A DNA stretch of 14,261 nt. It comes from Alphaproteobacteria bacterium (lineage in GTDB: Bacteria; Pseudomonadota; Alphaproteobacteria; GCA-2731375). Every line of letters begins with the position of its first letter. Position 1 is the stretch's first letter. Location: NCBI GenBank assembly GCA_041940205.1, contig JBGTSP010000093.1:1-14261 (forward strand), given 5' to 3'. Both the position numbers and the translations under genes were made by a program. The notes beneath the pieces are model-generated. The model worked only from the letters and a program-made list of their open reading frames with translations, was not told the origin of the DNA and made no database searches. Shown piece by piece: positions 13,855 through 14,261 of the stretch.

Positions 13855-14261
13855 ATGGCCGAGTACGACATCGTTCTGGACAAGGTCTACAAGACCTATC
13901 CGGGCGGGGTGCGCGCCGTGATCGATTTCAGTGCGGAGATCGAGCACGGCGAGTTCGTCGCCATGCTCGGGCCGTCGGGCTGCGGCAAGACCACCACGCT
14001 GCGGATGATGGCGGGACTGGAAGAGGTGACCCAGGGGCGGATCTTCATCCGCGGCCAGGACGTCACCGACCTTCCGCCCTCGCACCGGGACACCTCGATG
14101 ATGTTCCAGTCCTTCGCCCTGTTCCCCCACCGCACCGTTTTCCAGAACGTCGAGTTCAGCCTGAAGATGAAGGGCATGGATAAGGATCTCCGCTCCCGCA
14201 GGGTGTGGGAGATGCTGGAGATGGTCGGACTGGACGAATTCGCCCAGCGCCGGCCGTCCGA
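13855..14261 (+). CDS. ABC transporter ATP-binding protein (PotA/UgpC/FbpC-like importer ATPase), 5' part; continues past the window end
   Basis: Frame-1 translation MAEYDIVLDKVYKTYPGGVRAVIDFSAEIEHGEFVAMLGPSGCGKTTTLRMMAGLEEVTQGRIFIRGQDVTDLPPSHRDTSMMFQSFALFPHRTVFQNVEFS... with Walker A GPSGCGKTT. Not in the ORF track because it lacks a stop in the window. 39 nt downstream of the flotillin stop. Confidence 0.8.
   Translation, partial: MAEYDIVLDKVYKTYPGGVRAVIDFSAEIEHGEFVAMLGPSGCGKTTTLRMMAGLEEVTQGRIFIRGQDVTDLPPSHRDTSMMFQSFALFPHRTVFQNVEFSLKMKGMDKDLRSRRVWEMLEMVGLDEFAQRRPS

Noticed and set aside
10834-14130. 1098-aa minus-strand ORF spanning the whole flotillin gene
   Set aside because: It is the codon-aligned antisense frame of the flotillin CDS. 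Antisense stops would require sense TTA/CTA/TCA codons, which this GC-rich, E/A/R-rich (GAG/GCG/CGC/GCC/AAG) gene almost never uses. The product is L/R/G-rich low complexity. Compositional artefact.
11166-14183. 1005-aa plus-strand ORF in a shifted frame over the flotillin gene
   Set aside because: It is the +2 frame of the T-poor coiled-coil coding sequence. The translation is Arg/Gly/Pro-rich nonsense with no RBS context. The authentic frame is the one with the TM helix, the SPFH domain and GC3 bias.
1-14261. Mobile elements, CRISPR, tRNA/rRNA
   Set aside because: No transposase or integrase-like ORFs, no direct-repeat/spacer arrays and no tRNA-like cloverleaf or rRNA segments were recognisable. 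The window looks like ordinary chromosomal metabolic and accessory DNA.

Overview
This is a very GC-rich bacterial chromosomal window (about two-thirds to 70% G+C by eye, codon third positions heavily G/C), consistent with an alphaproteobacterium-like genome. Gene density is high. I found no rRNA, tRNA, CRISPR array, transposase or integrase.

From 5' to 3' the window holds:
- The 3' end of a phenylacetate-CoA oxygenase operon, with the C-terminus of paaC and a complete paaD.
- A convergent VOC/glyoxalase-fold gene.
- A 435-nt non-coding gap containing a 17-bp palindrome.
- A PAS_5-type PAS-domain gene and a small 4-Cys ORF.
- A convergent isochorismatase-family cysteine hydrolase on the minus strand.
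- Divergent from that hydrolase, a tightly coupled three-gene operon: a NodB/CE4-fold deacetylase, a small Cys/His protein and a COG0523 (CobW-like) G3E GTPase.
- A convergent 4-TM membrane protein.
- A hyuA-hyuB ATP-dependent hydantoinase/oxoprolinase-family pair overlapping by ATGA. HyuA has a degenerate N-terminal Gly-rich motif. HyuB carries a roughly 160-aa N-terminal extension.
- An unusually long (916 aa) flotillin/SPFH protein with an internal 171-aa duplication and four tandem 29-aa coiled-coil repeats.
- The start of an ABC transporter ATPase.

The most interesting candidate system is the block at 2580-10996. It groups four different amide or cyclic-amide bond hydrolase types with a dedicated metallochaperone-like GTPase. 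It looks like an uncharacterised N-heterocycle, hydantoin or creatinine-like catabolic island.

Many very long antisense or shifted-frame ORFs in the supplied track are compositional artefacts of the high-GC, T-poor coding sequence. They are listed as rejected.
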